A model generated the notes under the pieces. It made no database searches. It was given only the letters and a program-made list of their open reading frames with translations, and was not told the origin of the DNA. From a virus (taxonomy: Duplodnaviria; Caudoviricetes), in the IMG/VR virus record IMGVR_UViG_3300020570_000022, positions 1 to 32,166 of that record: a stretch of 32,166 nucleotides of DNA. One strand, written 5' to 3'. Positions 19,153-27,229 of this stretch are shown one piece after another (the stretch's first letter is position 1; each line of letters opens with the position of its first letter). The translations under genes were made by a program, and so were the position numbers.

Positions 19153-21155
19153 CCTGGGATTTCCACGTTCGCACTAATACCAGCACCGATCTTGGCAGCT
19201 TTCAACTGTGCCTCTGCCTCAAACTCTGCTCGTTTCAGTTCCAACTCAGCAGCAGCCTTTTCCCTGGCAAGCTGAATATCGGCTTGAGCCTTCATCCGTT
19301 GAGTCTCGATTGCTGCCATTGCTTTCTGCTGCTCGATCTGGATCTGCGCTTGAGCCTGAGCAATCATGGCATCGGTAGCAGGATTGGACTGCGGTTGCTG
19401 CGGAGGAGGATTGGACAGTTGCTGATCCTGTTCTGGAGTGATGTCCTTGAAGAACTCAGTTGAATCCTTGAATCCAGCAGCCTCAACAAACCGACCCAGA
19501 GTCGCTCGATACTGCCCGAGACTGACCAACGGGTTGGCCGGCCCTGCCAACTGTAGGATCTGCTCCTGTTTGGCCAAAACCATCTGTAGCATCGCCATCT
19601 GCTCTTGCTTCGTACCAGTCCCAAGACCAACCCGGATGCTGACATCGTACTGATTCGACCACTCTCGCGGATCCATCGGCACGAACTTGCCGCGCATCCT
19701 CAGCAGAACCTGCTTGTCTTGGTACTTGCAGAGTAAGTGCAGAATGCCCTTAAACAGCGACTTAACGCCTGTCTCAGCGAAGATCCTGGCGATCAGTTCA
19801 ATCTTGCCTTGAGCAGCATTGGTTACCGCAGCAACAGCCGCAGCAGTGACGTTTTGCAGGATGTTTGGATCTAGTCCCTGTTGAGCATCCGATACACCAG
19901 TCCGTTTCTGCTGAACCTGATCGAAATAGCCCATCATCGGGAAGATTTGATCACCGATGGATGGAACATTGATCGGAGTCATAGCGCCAGGACTTTTCAT
20001 CCTGACGACACCACCCGGAGTCACATTGAGCAAGTCATCGATGTTGACCTGACCCTCGACCACACCCATCCGAGCATTGTTCGACAGGTAAAGGTTATCC
20101 AGCGACTGACGCACCAGGGTGGACTTGATCAGTTGCAGATCAATCGTCCTGTCTGCCAGCGACTGACCAAAGAACTTGTGCGGGATCGGGATCGGGCAAA
20201 TAACGTGGAACGGAACATAGTCCGTTTTCTCGTTGCTCAGGATCTCGTTGTTGCTGTAGAAAATCTTCCGCAACTCAGCAAGACCGTCACCGTCATAGTC
20301 CACATAGATGTAGCACTCGAAAACCTCGACCTCCTGCATCGACTCATCCAGCGAGGTAACCTCGAAAGGTTCCTCTCCCGGCGTGTATCGAGCAAGACGC
20401 TCCTCGGTGAAGTCCAGGCTGTTGAATGCTGGCAACGCGTCAACAGTCTCCTTGTCGAATCCCATCTGGATCAGAATCGACCTGGGAACCAGAGTACGGT
20501 GAGCAAGGAATGGCGCATCCTGAACGGTTCTGGCCTTCTTTGAGACGATCAACTCTTCCGGAGGGACGTTCTCAACGACAACTCGACCGATCTTGTTGCG
20601 CTTCTGGACGACAACACTGCGAGTCTGCGTGACCTGACCGTCAACCTCGACTTCCTCGATCTGCTCTGCAACAACCTGCCGGGTTCCGTCTGCCAGCAAC
20701 AGTGCAAGTTCGATCTCTGAGAGGTTCTTGTAAACCTCCTCGATCACATCAAGTTTCTCATCCCAATACGCTTTGACTGTCCCGGTCTTCTGAAGCAGTG
20801 CATCCTTGAACCAGTGATGCAGGATAGTGAAACCTGGGTTTTGCTTGTAGAAAACCCAGTTTGCGTAATCAGTTGCTTGCTTCGCACCTTCCTCATCACC
20901 TGGGCCAACAGGCTCATACTGGATGATGTCGTCAGCGCGAGTGAACACCCGGATCAGATCTGGCAAAGCACCGTCTACAGCCTCTGCAACCTCTGCGGTG
21001 ATGATCTGTGATCGACCTTCTACCTCGTTTCCGTAAGGCTTGCGGAGGTAGTAATCCATCGCTTTAGCGCGTTCAGCGGAAGTCTCTGTGTCGAGATAGC
21101 CAATAGCGTCATCGATCTCAGACGACAGAATGCCTTTAAGTCTACCTTCATCCAT
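19149..21155 (-). CDS. Portal protein (P22/SU10-like), 668 aa
   Basis: R.KAMDYY...PYGNEVEGRS, VENVPPEE, PHKFFGQS, KRTGVS motifs; Gln/Ala-rich C-terminal barrel; GAGGTG RBS. Confidence 0.93.
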   Translation of the reverse strand: MDEGRLKGILSSEIDDAIGYLDTETSAERAKAMDYYLRKPYGNEVEGRSQIITAEVAEAVDGALPDLIRVFTRADDIIQYEPVGPGDEEGAKQATDYANWVFYKQNPGFTILHHWFKDALLQKTGTVKAYWDEKLDVIEEVYKNLSEIELALLLADGTRQVVAEQIEEVEVDGQVTQTRSVVVQKRNKIGRVVVENVPPEELIVSKKARTVQDAPFLAHRTLVPRSILIQMGFDKETVDALPAFNSLDFTEERLARYTPGEEPFEVTSLDESMQEVEVFECYIYVDYDGDGLAELRKIFYSNNEILSNEKTDYVPFHVICPIPIPHKFFGQSLADRTIDLQLIKSTLVRQSLDNLYLSNNARMGVVEGQVNIDDLLNVTPGGVVRMKSPGAMTPINVPSIGDQIFPMMGYFDQVQQKRTGVSDAQQGLDPNILQNVTAAAVAAVTNAAQGKIELIARIFAETGVKSLFKGILHLLCKYQDKQVLLRMRGKFVPMDPREWSNQYDVSIRVGLGTGTKQEQMAMLQMVLAKQEQILQLAGPANPLVSLGQYRATLGRFVEAAGFKDSTEFFKDITPEQDQQLSNPPPQQPQSNPATDAMIAQAQAQIQIEQQKAMAAIETQRMKAQADIQLAREKAAAELELKRAEFEAEAQLKAAKIGAGISANVEIPG

Positions 21156-21315
21156 TTTGCACCTCTGCCCTGCGAGTGTATTGCCGTTTCGGTGGAGGAT
21201 CTGCCTGTTTCAGCGCAGCAATCTCCTGCTCCAACTGGCGAATGCGCTCACGCAATTCGTGAATGGTTTGGTCAAAATCTCGACGTAGAACGATGTTTCC
21301 CTGCGGAACTAGCAT
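21148..21315 (-). CDS. 55-aa coiled-coil protein with basic tail (MLVPQGNIVLRRDF...PPPKRQYTRRAEVQNG)
   Basis: Not in ORF track; TGATG overlap with TerL stop; fills the TerL-portal gap exactly. Confidence 0.75.
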   Translation of the reverse strand: MLVPQGNIVLRRDFDQTIHELRERIRQLEQEIAALKQADPPPKRQYTRRAEVQNG

Positions 21316-22571
21316 CAAACCACCCATTTTGCACTATGTTTAATCGGTTTACCCCAATCGTCATTGGACATCATTTCCAGTGACTCTGCAAGATAACGCC
21401 ACGCATCAGCGGCATGAGAATGCTCATCATGCAATGGCGCACCAGCCTCCTGCGTGACCTGATTGATAGCCCTGCGATACCGTTTGAGATGGTTTACAAG
21501 TTCCATCGTCTTGTCAGCGTCGAAATAAGACCTTGGAAAGACCATCCTGGCGATTCTGATGCCTTCCTCTGGGTTGCCCCTTGGCAGCACGGTAACTCGC
21601 CTTCCAAGCGTTTCTAGCAGGTTCTGGGTGGACTTACCGGTCTGGAAGTTCTTGTTTGCTCCATCGTGCGGGATGAAGTCTGTTCCCCATCTCCATTTCC
21701 TCGACTCGATCTCCATGACATAGCTGTCAATGGTTCGATGAGAGTCCTCGATGAAGTCAATGATCCTGACTTCTGAGGCAACCTTCTGGACAAAGATGAT
21801 CGACATGGAATCGTTCCAACCCAGATCCCAGACGGTGTGAACTTTGAGCGTTGCATCGTATGGCACAGACCTGATCCGGCCTTCTCGCTGTAGAGCCTCA
21901 ATCTCATTAGCGTAGATGGCTCCATCGACAGCAGGTCTGCATCGACCTTCCCAGACAGTGAGATAACCCTGCGGATCTCGGTCTAGCCAGTCTCTGCGCT
22001 CCTTGTCCAGTTCTTCCGGGAACCAAGGATTGTCTGACCAGTTGACCTCGCACACCCATGAATCAGACGGTGGTTGCGCCACAAACCGGGTGAAGGTTTC
22101 ATCCGTATCAAGTTCAGGATTGAAGCTGATCCAGATTTCTGATCCAGGCTTGCGGATCGTTGGTATCAGTACATCCCAGGACTTGCGAGTGACAACCTGT
22201 GCTTCTTCCACCCAACAGATGTCAGTGCCTTCGTAAGATTTCATGTTTGCCACACCTTGCTGGCGAATACCTGCAAAGGTGAATTCTGTCCCGTTGGAAC
22301 CTATGATCCTGTTTTCTTGCACCTCGTACAGGCTATCCAGTCCGAGCAGACTGATCTGATCTCTCAACAGTCTATGCACAGACTCCTGGATGGATTTCTG
22401 CGTCTCCCTAGCACAGAGAACCCTGATCGGTTTGGATGCTCCGAGTGCTACCAATGCCCGAGCAATCGACCAGGACTTGCCTGAACCCCTGCCACCGTGA
22501 AGGATCTTGTATCGCTTAGGCTGGAAGAGCGGCAGTAGCTTCTGCGGGATCTCAACTCTGGTTCTGGACAC
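21315..22571 (-). CDS. terL: Terminase large subunit (PBSX / Terminase_3-like)
   Basis: Walker A GGRGSGKS, Walker B CWVEEA, LIPTIR, SFNP coupling motif, nuclease WDLG..D and SHAADA. Confidence 0.96.
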   Translation of the reverse strand: MSRTRVEIPQKLLPLFQPKRYKILHGGRGSGKSWSIARALVALGASKPIRVLCARETQKSIQESVHRLLRDQISLLGLDSLYEVQENRIIGSNGTEFTFAGIRQQGVANMKSYEGTDICWVEEAQVVTRKSWDVLIPTIRKPGSEIWISFNPELDTDETFTRFVAQPPSDSWVCEVNWSDNPWFPEELDKERRDWLDRDPQGYLTVWEGRCRPAVDGAIYANEIEALQREGRIRSVPYDATLKVHTVWDLGWNDSMSIIFVQKVASEVRIIDFIEDSHRTIDSYVMEIESRKWRWGTDFIPHDGANKNFQTGKSTQNLLETLGRRVTVLPRGNPEEGIRIARMVFPRSYFDADKTMELVNHLKRYRRAINQVTQEAGAPLHDEHSHAADAWRYLAESLEMMSNDDWGKPIKHSAKWVV

Positions 22572-22839
22572 CGACGATCTCTAGAACCGTTTGGATTGGC
22601 CCACCGTTTGCCCCGGAGACATTTGTCTCTACAGGGATCAGCCTTGCTGCGAGCTTGTAGAACTCAGTCAGGTGCTTTGGATCTTCCATTGCCCACTGCA
22701 CCATTCTGTCTGTACCGCCGAGCTTATCAAAGGCATCAGCGATAGCTTGCTTCATGCTCTGATGGACTTTGTTTGGACTACCTTTCGGTCTTCCTCGTCC
22801 TTGCCTAGTTAAATTCTCTTTCTGTATTTTATTTACCAC
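22552..22839 (-). CDS. terS: Terminase small subunit
   Basis: GRGRPKGSPNK, helical core, VSGANGGPIQ C-terminus; overlaps terL; AGGAG RBS with GTG start. Confidence 0.8.
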   Translation of the reverse strand: MVNKIQKENLTRQGRGRPKGSPNKVHQSMKQAIADAFDKLGGTDRMVQWAMEDPKHLTEFYKLAARLIPVETNVSGANGGPIQTVLEIVGVQNQS

Positions 22840-22842
22840 AGT

Positions 22843-22864
22843 CCGACTCCTAACGGGTCATCGG
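22843..22864 (-). promoter_or_regulatory. Hairpin covering the terS Shine-Dalgarno
   Basis: Minus strand CCGAT-GA-CC-CGTTA-GG-A-GTCGG; GGAG lies in the 3' arm. Confidence 0.45.
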
Positions 22865-23542
22865 TTTCACTCGATCCTTAATCAGCCTTTCGATCTCTGG
22901 ATCACCCATCTGCTCCGGTGTTGGTGCAAACAATGCTCTCTTACGATTGTCTGTGGTTGTTGCCGGTTCAGACAAATAGTATACAGCGATTGAGTTTCTG
23001 GTTACATCAGCAGGACATTTGATTGGATCAGGCAGTCCATGCCATGAGCCTCTAGTGTCGAAGATCACTGCCCTGTTGAACTTCGGCTCAATGACCTTTG
23101 CAAGAGTTCTGCTGTCCTGGTACAGGCCCAACCCACCACCCCATTCCGGTTGCCATGCAGGAGACAGGTAAACAATAAGGTTAAGGCGACGTTGCAAATG
23201 TAGCTTTGGATGGATGTTGTAATCCAGGTGAACATTGAGCTTCCCTCCTCTGCTGTGCTGATGCCAGCCACCACCGTGTAGTCCTTGGTCAGCGAACAGA
23301 TCCTCGTCTACCATTGCCTCCAGGGACTGTGTGAACTTGTCGCTGGTTAGCCAAGAAAAGGTTTTGTATGTCTCTGGTGGGAACTTGTGCCAGTCGTTGC
23401 AGGTTCGCTTGACCTCTAGTGGATTGTCATACCGAAACCAGCATGGATCATCTGGCTGCGGAAACTCTTCTGCTAACTGATCTGGATTGGTGAAGAAGTC
23501 ATCGATCACACAATGCCAATATGGATTGTGGTTTACGATCAT
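22850..23542 (-). CDS. 2OG-Fe(II) oxygenase (prolyl 4-hydroxylase-like)
   Basis: LHGGG, HLD (HxD), RRLNLIVYL, WGGGL, PKFNRAVIF, SWHG, RNSIAVYY. Confidence 0.92.
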   Translation of the reverse strand: MIVNHNPYWHCVIDDFFTNPDQLAEEFPQPDDPCWFRYDNPLEVKRTCNDWHKFPPETYKTFSWLTSDKFTQSLEAMVDEDLFADQGLHGGGWHQHSRGGKLNVHLDYNIHPKLHLQRRLNLIVYLSPAWQPEWGGGLGLYQDSRTLAKVIEPKFNRAVIFDTRGSWHGLPDPIKCPADVTRNSIAVYYLSEPATTTDNRKRALFAPTPEQMGDPEIERLIKDRVKPMTR

Positions 23543-24630
23543 TCGACGTTCAAGATACGCACTGCTTCTTCTTCTCCAGGGAATACAACAAAGTTGCGAG
23601 TCCCCTTTCCTTTCTGCCTAGATTGCTCATCAAAATACTTAACACCAGGAACACCAAACTGCCTGAGTGCAGCCTCACCAGACCCGGTTTTCCCAGTCAG
23701 TGATTCCCATGTATTCAAAAACTGATTTACAGTTACATTCGGCCCATACAATAGTGACAAATCACCACCAAGATCATCTATCGCACTTTGTGGAAGCATT
23801 GACTTAGTTTGTTGGATTGCTTCTTTTACCTGTTTTGACTGTCTGCCGATTGGCTTATCCCAGTCAATCATCTTGCCAATCATATCGTCTGGGATGTCTA
23901 CTGTGTAAACAACACCAGACGCCTTTACTGGATTTAGCTTTTCTACTGAGTCAGCCAACCCAGAATATGTCCTTGCGTATTTTGACTCCCTGATTGTCTT
24001 TGCAATTGACTCAGGGTTTTCGCCCATTATTAGGTCTCTAACAATCTCGTTTGCTTTTGCCATATAAGCTGATTGCAATTGAGGCTGAACATTACCTGCG
24101 TTTTCAACCAAAGCATCAACTAGATCGCTTGATCTTAAGGGGCCAGCAGATGTTTCGTATTTATCAACAGCAGTTGTCGTTTTGTAATAATTTGCAATAT
24201 CAGGGGATTCGGCAAAGTAAATCCCATGCCCATACATTTGAGCACCCTCGCCACTTCCGATCTTGCTTGCATCAAACTTACTGAATCTGTATGGACTGCC
24301 ATGATAGCCAGTCAACGCAAGCAGACCAGCTTCCGGGTTAGCCTTCATCATCTGCACAGCATCAGCCAGCAAGCTCGGAACCTGAGCAGCAGCCTTAGCA
24401 CCAACGGAAAAAGCTCCTGCTGGCGCTCCGATCCCAGGCATACTGCCCAGTGCCTGACCAGTTCTGTACATATCTTCTGCCAACAATCCACCGTACTGAG
24501 GTTTGTCAAGCCCTAGATAACCTCTACCGATACCACCAGCAATAGCAGCAAAAGGCTCACCAATATTGCGCTGGTAAGCCCCGTAAGCCTGTTCTAGTCC
24601 CAATGCGCGGAGTAGCTGGCTGACATCCAT
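23539..24630 (-). CDS. ADP-ribosyltransferase-like protein (polyvalent-protein ART type), about 363 aa
   Basis: YHGS...F..FD..KIGSGEGAQMYGHGIYFAE N-half and GVPGVKY.D..SR...NFVVF C-half; Gly/Ala-rich N-terminal leader; ATG 24630 just after upstream stop. Confidence 0.7.
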   Translation of the reverse strand: MDVSQLLRALGLEQAYGAYQRNIGEPFAAIAGGIGRGYLGLDKPQYGGLLAEDMYRTGQALGSMPGIGAPAGAFSVGAKAAAQVPSLLADAVQMMKANPEAGLLALTGYHGSPYRFSKFDASKIGSGEGAQMYGHGIYFAESPDIANYYKTTTAVDKYETSAGPLRSSDLVDALVENAGNVQPQLQSAYMAKANEIVRDLIMGENPESIAKTIRESKYARTYSGLADSVEKLNPVKASGVVYTVDIPDDMIGKMIDWDKPIGRQSKQVKEAIQQTKSMLPQSAIDDLGGDLSLLYGPNVTVNQFLNTWESLTGKTGSGEAALRQFGVPGVKYFDEQSRQKGKGTRNFVVFPGEEEAVRILNVE

Positions 24631-24631
24631 G

Positions 24632-24928
24632 TCACTTGCCCTTATTGCGTTCGCTGATAGCTTTAGCTTTAGCCTTAGCGTCTGCCTTGGATGACGCACC
24701 CCAGGCTCTCAGTGACAGCAGCAGACGGGTTGGTTTTCCGTCCTTGAACTCTGGCCCAGGCATACCACCCATCCGAGCGAGGAATGATGCCCTGCGCGGA
24801 TTGTCACCAGACTTAACAGGAGCCTTCAGGTCTGATCCTGGATTGGCTCTTTCGTAGGACTTCCTACCAGCCTCGTTCAGCCCACCTTTCGGATTCTTGC
24901 CAGCCTTGCGCGTCCATGCAGCAGTCAT
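24632..24928 (-). CDS. Small basic protein (DUF6321-like)
   Basis: AWTRKAGKNPKGGLN..GRKSY...NPRRASFLARM...SLRAW. Confidence 0.75.
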   Translation of the reverse strand: MTAAWTRKAGKNPKGGLNEAGRKSYERANPGSDLKAPVKSGDNPRRASFLARMGGMPGPEFKDGKPTRLLLSLRAWGASSKADAKAKAKAISERNKGK

Positions 24929-25158
24929 CTGAACCTCGCTGTTTTCTTGGCAATCTTGTCTGGCTGCGGCACAAACTGCTTGCCCTGAGCCTTTCCTGCT
25001 CTCTTAGCCCTGGTTGTGGCTGCGTATTCCGCAGAAGACAGTGACTTGATTGCCTTCTCTGGCAGATACCGTTCACCCGTTTCGGACGATGGTTTGCCAG
25101 ACTTAGTGCGCCATTTCTGCGCTGTCCATTCCTTGAGACTGCGCTGAGAGGCTTTCAT
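24925..25158 (-). CDS. Small basic protein (resembles C-terminal half of DUF5872)
   Basis: QRSLKEWTAQKWRTKSGK...ERYLPEKAI..LS..EYAAT; ATGA overlaps on both sides. Confidence 0.75.
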   Translation of the reverse strand: MKASQRSLKEWTAQKWRTKSGKPSSETGERYLPEKAIKSLSSAEYAATTRAKRAGKAQGKQFVPQPDKIAKKTARFR

Positions 25159-25328
25159 TTGTACCCACCACCCTTGGCCTTGTACTGTTTAGCCAGCAGT
25201 TGAGCTTTCCTAGCTGACCATTGCCCAGCAGCAGTTCCCTGCGTGTTTGAAGCCTTGATCTGCTCAAACAACTTCTTCCGCATCCCAGGCTTAGTGTAGT
25301 TGCCAGCTTTGTTGACGGTGGACTTCAT
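25155..25328 (-). CDS. 57-aa basic protein (resembles N-terminal half of DUF5872)
   Basis: Not in ORF track: MKSTVNKAGNYTKPGMRKKLFEQIKASNTQGTAAGQWSARKAQLLAKQYKAKGGGYK; ATGA overlaps on both sides. Confidence 0.8.
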   Translation of the reverse strand: MKSTVNKAGNYTKPGMRKKLFEQIKASNTQGTAAGQWSARKAQLLAKQYKAKGGGYK

Positions 25329-25405
25329 TTCTTCTTTGGCAGACTAGGCGCGTTGTTCTTGGCTGGCTTAGGCTTTTTGTACTTCGGTTGATTGGTCGTT
25401 CCCAT
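25325..25405 (-). CDS. 26-aa Lys/Pro-rich peptide
   Basis: MGTTNQPKYKKPKPAKNNAPSLPKKK; GGAGG RBS; TGATG overlap upstream and ATGA downstream. Confidence 0.7.
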   Translation of the reverse strand: MGTTNQPKYKKPKPAKNNAPSLPKKK

Positions 25406-25752
25406 CAATCTTCCTCCATCATCTTTGCCATTTTGAGCATGATCTTATGCTTCTCAGTCATGCCCTTGACAGGCCCACCAGACAGCCAGCGATCACAGAC
25501 ATAGTCCTCTGAACACCGGAAGTCCCATCTAGCGCAATAGCCGATGTCGTCCTCGTCAACGATCTCCTGCATTTCCTCTGGCAGACCAGAAACCATGCAC
25601 TCGATCATCTCCGGGGTTTGCAGGAACCGCGCACAGTTCCCACAACTCATCTCATCGTCTTCTGCCTCGGTATAACCGGCCTTTGACTCAGCCTCGGCCT
25701 TGTTCCGATCATTGACCTTCTGATCCTGAGTTGAGACTGGACAACCGTTCAT
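25405..25752 (-). CDS. Acidic Cys-rich protein with HiPIP-like motif
   Basis: Y...CGNCARF...GYCARWDFRC....VCDRW; 7 Cys in 115 aa. Confidence 0.6.
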   Translation of the reverse strand: MNGCPVSTQDQKVNDRNKAEAESKAGYTEAEDDEMSCGNCARFLQTPEMIECMVSGLPEEMQEIVDEDDIGYCARWDFRCSEDYVCDRWLSGGPVKGMTEKHKIMLKMAKMMEED

Positions 25753-25907
25753 TTCGCCCTCTTTGGCATCTTTTTGTACGCAGACTTAGGGGTTGCCTCA
25801 ATCATCTCTTTTGCAACCTTCTGCGGGACTCCGGTCTGCTTTGCAACCTTCTTTGACCCGGCTGCTGCATACATGAGACGCTGCTGCTGCTTGCTGGTGA
25901 TCGGCAT
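25749..25907 (-). CDS. 52-aa basic protein
   Basis: Not in ORF track: MPITSKQQQRLMYAAAGSKKVAKQTGVPQKVAKEMIEATPKSAYKKMPKRAK; GAGG RBS; ATGA overlap downstream. Confidence 0.8.
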   Translation of the reverse strand: MPITSKQQQRLMYAAAGSKKVAKQTGVPQKVAKEMIEATPKSAYKKMPKRAK

Positions 25908-25908
25908 T

Positions 25909-26565
25909 TCAGTCCTCGACGATGTGTTCTAAGTGCCCAATACGGCCAATAACCCCCATGGTATCAACTTCTTGCACACTTGTCTCCGGCAGGAATTTGA
26001 ACAATCCATGCTCAATGTCAAAGACTTTTTTGTCCTTCCACTGCGACCAATGGAATGCCAGTGAGCGTTTCAGCGCCAGTTCCAATGTCGGAATCTGTGT
26101 GCTTGGTATTCCGTAACACCGAGTCATATACATATGTGATGCTCCACATTCCTCCAGGCTGAATCCTGTCGGAATCCTGCGCTTGAACACCAGCTTCTCC
26201 GGATCGTGCAAGCCTGGATTGAAGTCATCCGTCAACTGATAGCGACCACTCACTTTATAGTTGTTCGCCTCAGTCAACCAATCCAATGACCGGATCATCA
26301 CCTGCATCTCAATTGAGTTCTGAACGAACCCTCTTGGCAATCCACTGTCATGCGCCTCATGGATGAAATCGCAATCCCAGAACGGAACCAGATGAACCCT
26401 TCTTGGAATAGCCTCTAGGAAGGCTTTATCGGGCCTATAACGCGATGATTCTGTCAGGACGATGGAGGACAGCGGGAATCGCTTCCAGATGCTCTCAAGC
26501 GTTCCTAGAAGCTCATAGCAACGTCTTTCGTCGTTGTTGATCGCTGATGTGACCAAAAATCTCAT
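25909..26565 (-). CDS. Hypothetical protein, possible divergent GT-A glycosyltransferase
   Basis: Rossmann-like start FLVTSAIN...TLESI...IVLTESS, YKVSGRY and DIEH motifs; ATGA-coupled to the GT32 gene. Confidence 0.55.
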   Translation of the reverse strand: MRFLVTSAINNDERRCYELLGTLESIWKRFPLSSIVLTESSRYRPDKAFLEAIPRRVHLVPFWDCDFIHEAHDSGLPRGFVQNSIEMQVMIRSLDWLTEANNYKVSGRYQLTDDFNPGLHDPEKLVFKRRIPTGFSLEECGASHMYMTRCYGIPSTQIPTLELALKRSLAFHWSQWKDKKVFDIEHGLFKFLPETSVQEVDTMGVIGRIGHLEHIVED

Positions 26566-27173
26566 TTCCAGCCACCTCTTGTGCTTTTCCATTCCTGCGT
26601 TGCAAAAACCTGTCCTTTGCCCGTATAGCGGGAGCCAGCAAAGTGTTCAGGCAGGAAGTAATGGCTCGGATAAACAGTGAGATCGCTGAACTCATGCTCG
26701 TGCATTGTCTGAGTGATTCGTGCTGGCCCTGAGAACTCCCAGGCCATCCTATCGCCTGGAGTGTCGTTTTCCAGGTCTTTGATGATCTGACCAATGAACG
26801 GATGGCGCGGGACTGATCCGACCACACCGTTTGCGATCAGCCCTGGACGCTTTGTCTCTGACTCCCAACAGGCAAAGACATCCGGCTCAAGCAGCCAGTC
26901 CTCTAGTGGTCTGACGCACAGGCTGTCAGCGTCTAGCGCGATCCCGCCATGGTTGTAGAGGATCTCCCACCTCATACAGTCAGCAACACCGCAAAGCTCT
27001 CGCTGACTGAAGTGCCTCATGTGCTTGGCAAGGAGCCAACCTTCTTTTAGGTCGCTGTTACCCCAAACTTTGACTTTGTAGTTTGGATTCTTGTCGATCC
27101 ATGACTGGATCTCTGCGTCTGGTCGTTTGGACTCATCACCAACCCAGACAAAATGTAGTCGTTTCGGTATCAA
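26562..27173 (-). CDS. Glycosyltransferase family 32-like (DXD sugar-binding region)
   Basis: IPKRLHFVW, W...NPNY, AD..RWEILYNHGGIALDAD, SGP motifs; TTG start at 27173 with GGAGG 8 nt upstream. Confidence 0.9.
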   Translation of the reverse strand: MIPKRLHFVWVGDESKRPDAEIQSWIDKNPNYKVKVWGNSDLKEGWLLAKHMRHFSQRELCGVADCMRWEILYNHGGIALDADSLCVRPLEDWLLEPDVFACWESETKRPGLIANGVVGSVPRHPFIGQIIKDLENDTPGDRMAWEFSGPARITQTMHEHEFSDLTVYPSHYFLPEHFAGSRYTGKGQVFATQEWKSTRGGWK

Positions 27174-27199
27174 AAAAAGTGCCTCCACGCAGGAGGCAC
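27172..27199 (-). terminator. Intrinsic terminator at the early/late boundary
   Basis: Minus strand GTGCCTCC-TGCGT-GGAGGCAC-TTTTTTT: perfect 8-bp stem and U7. Confidence 0.9.
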
Positions 27200-27226
27200 A
27201 ACGGGGAGACACCCATGAAGGAGCAC
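27172..27226 (-). ncRNA. Candidate ~53-nt small RNA with two anti-Shine-Dalgarno motifs
   Basis: Lies between a putative extended -10 and the terminator; carries GCUCCUUC and UGUCUCCCC; transcription not demonstrated. Confidence 0.45.
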
Positions 27227-27229
27227 CCC

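Noticed and set aside
22850-23542. Oxygenase as a TET/JBP DNA base hydroxylase
   Set aside because: Motifs match the prolyl-hydroxylase-like group and no DNA methyltransferase is adjacent; not fully excluded without a profile search
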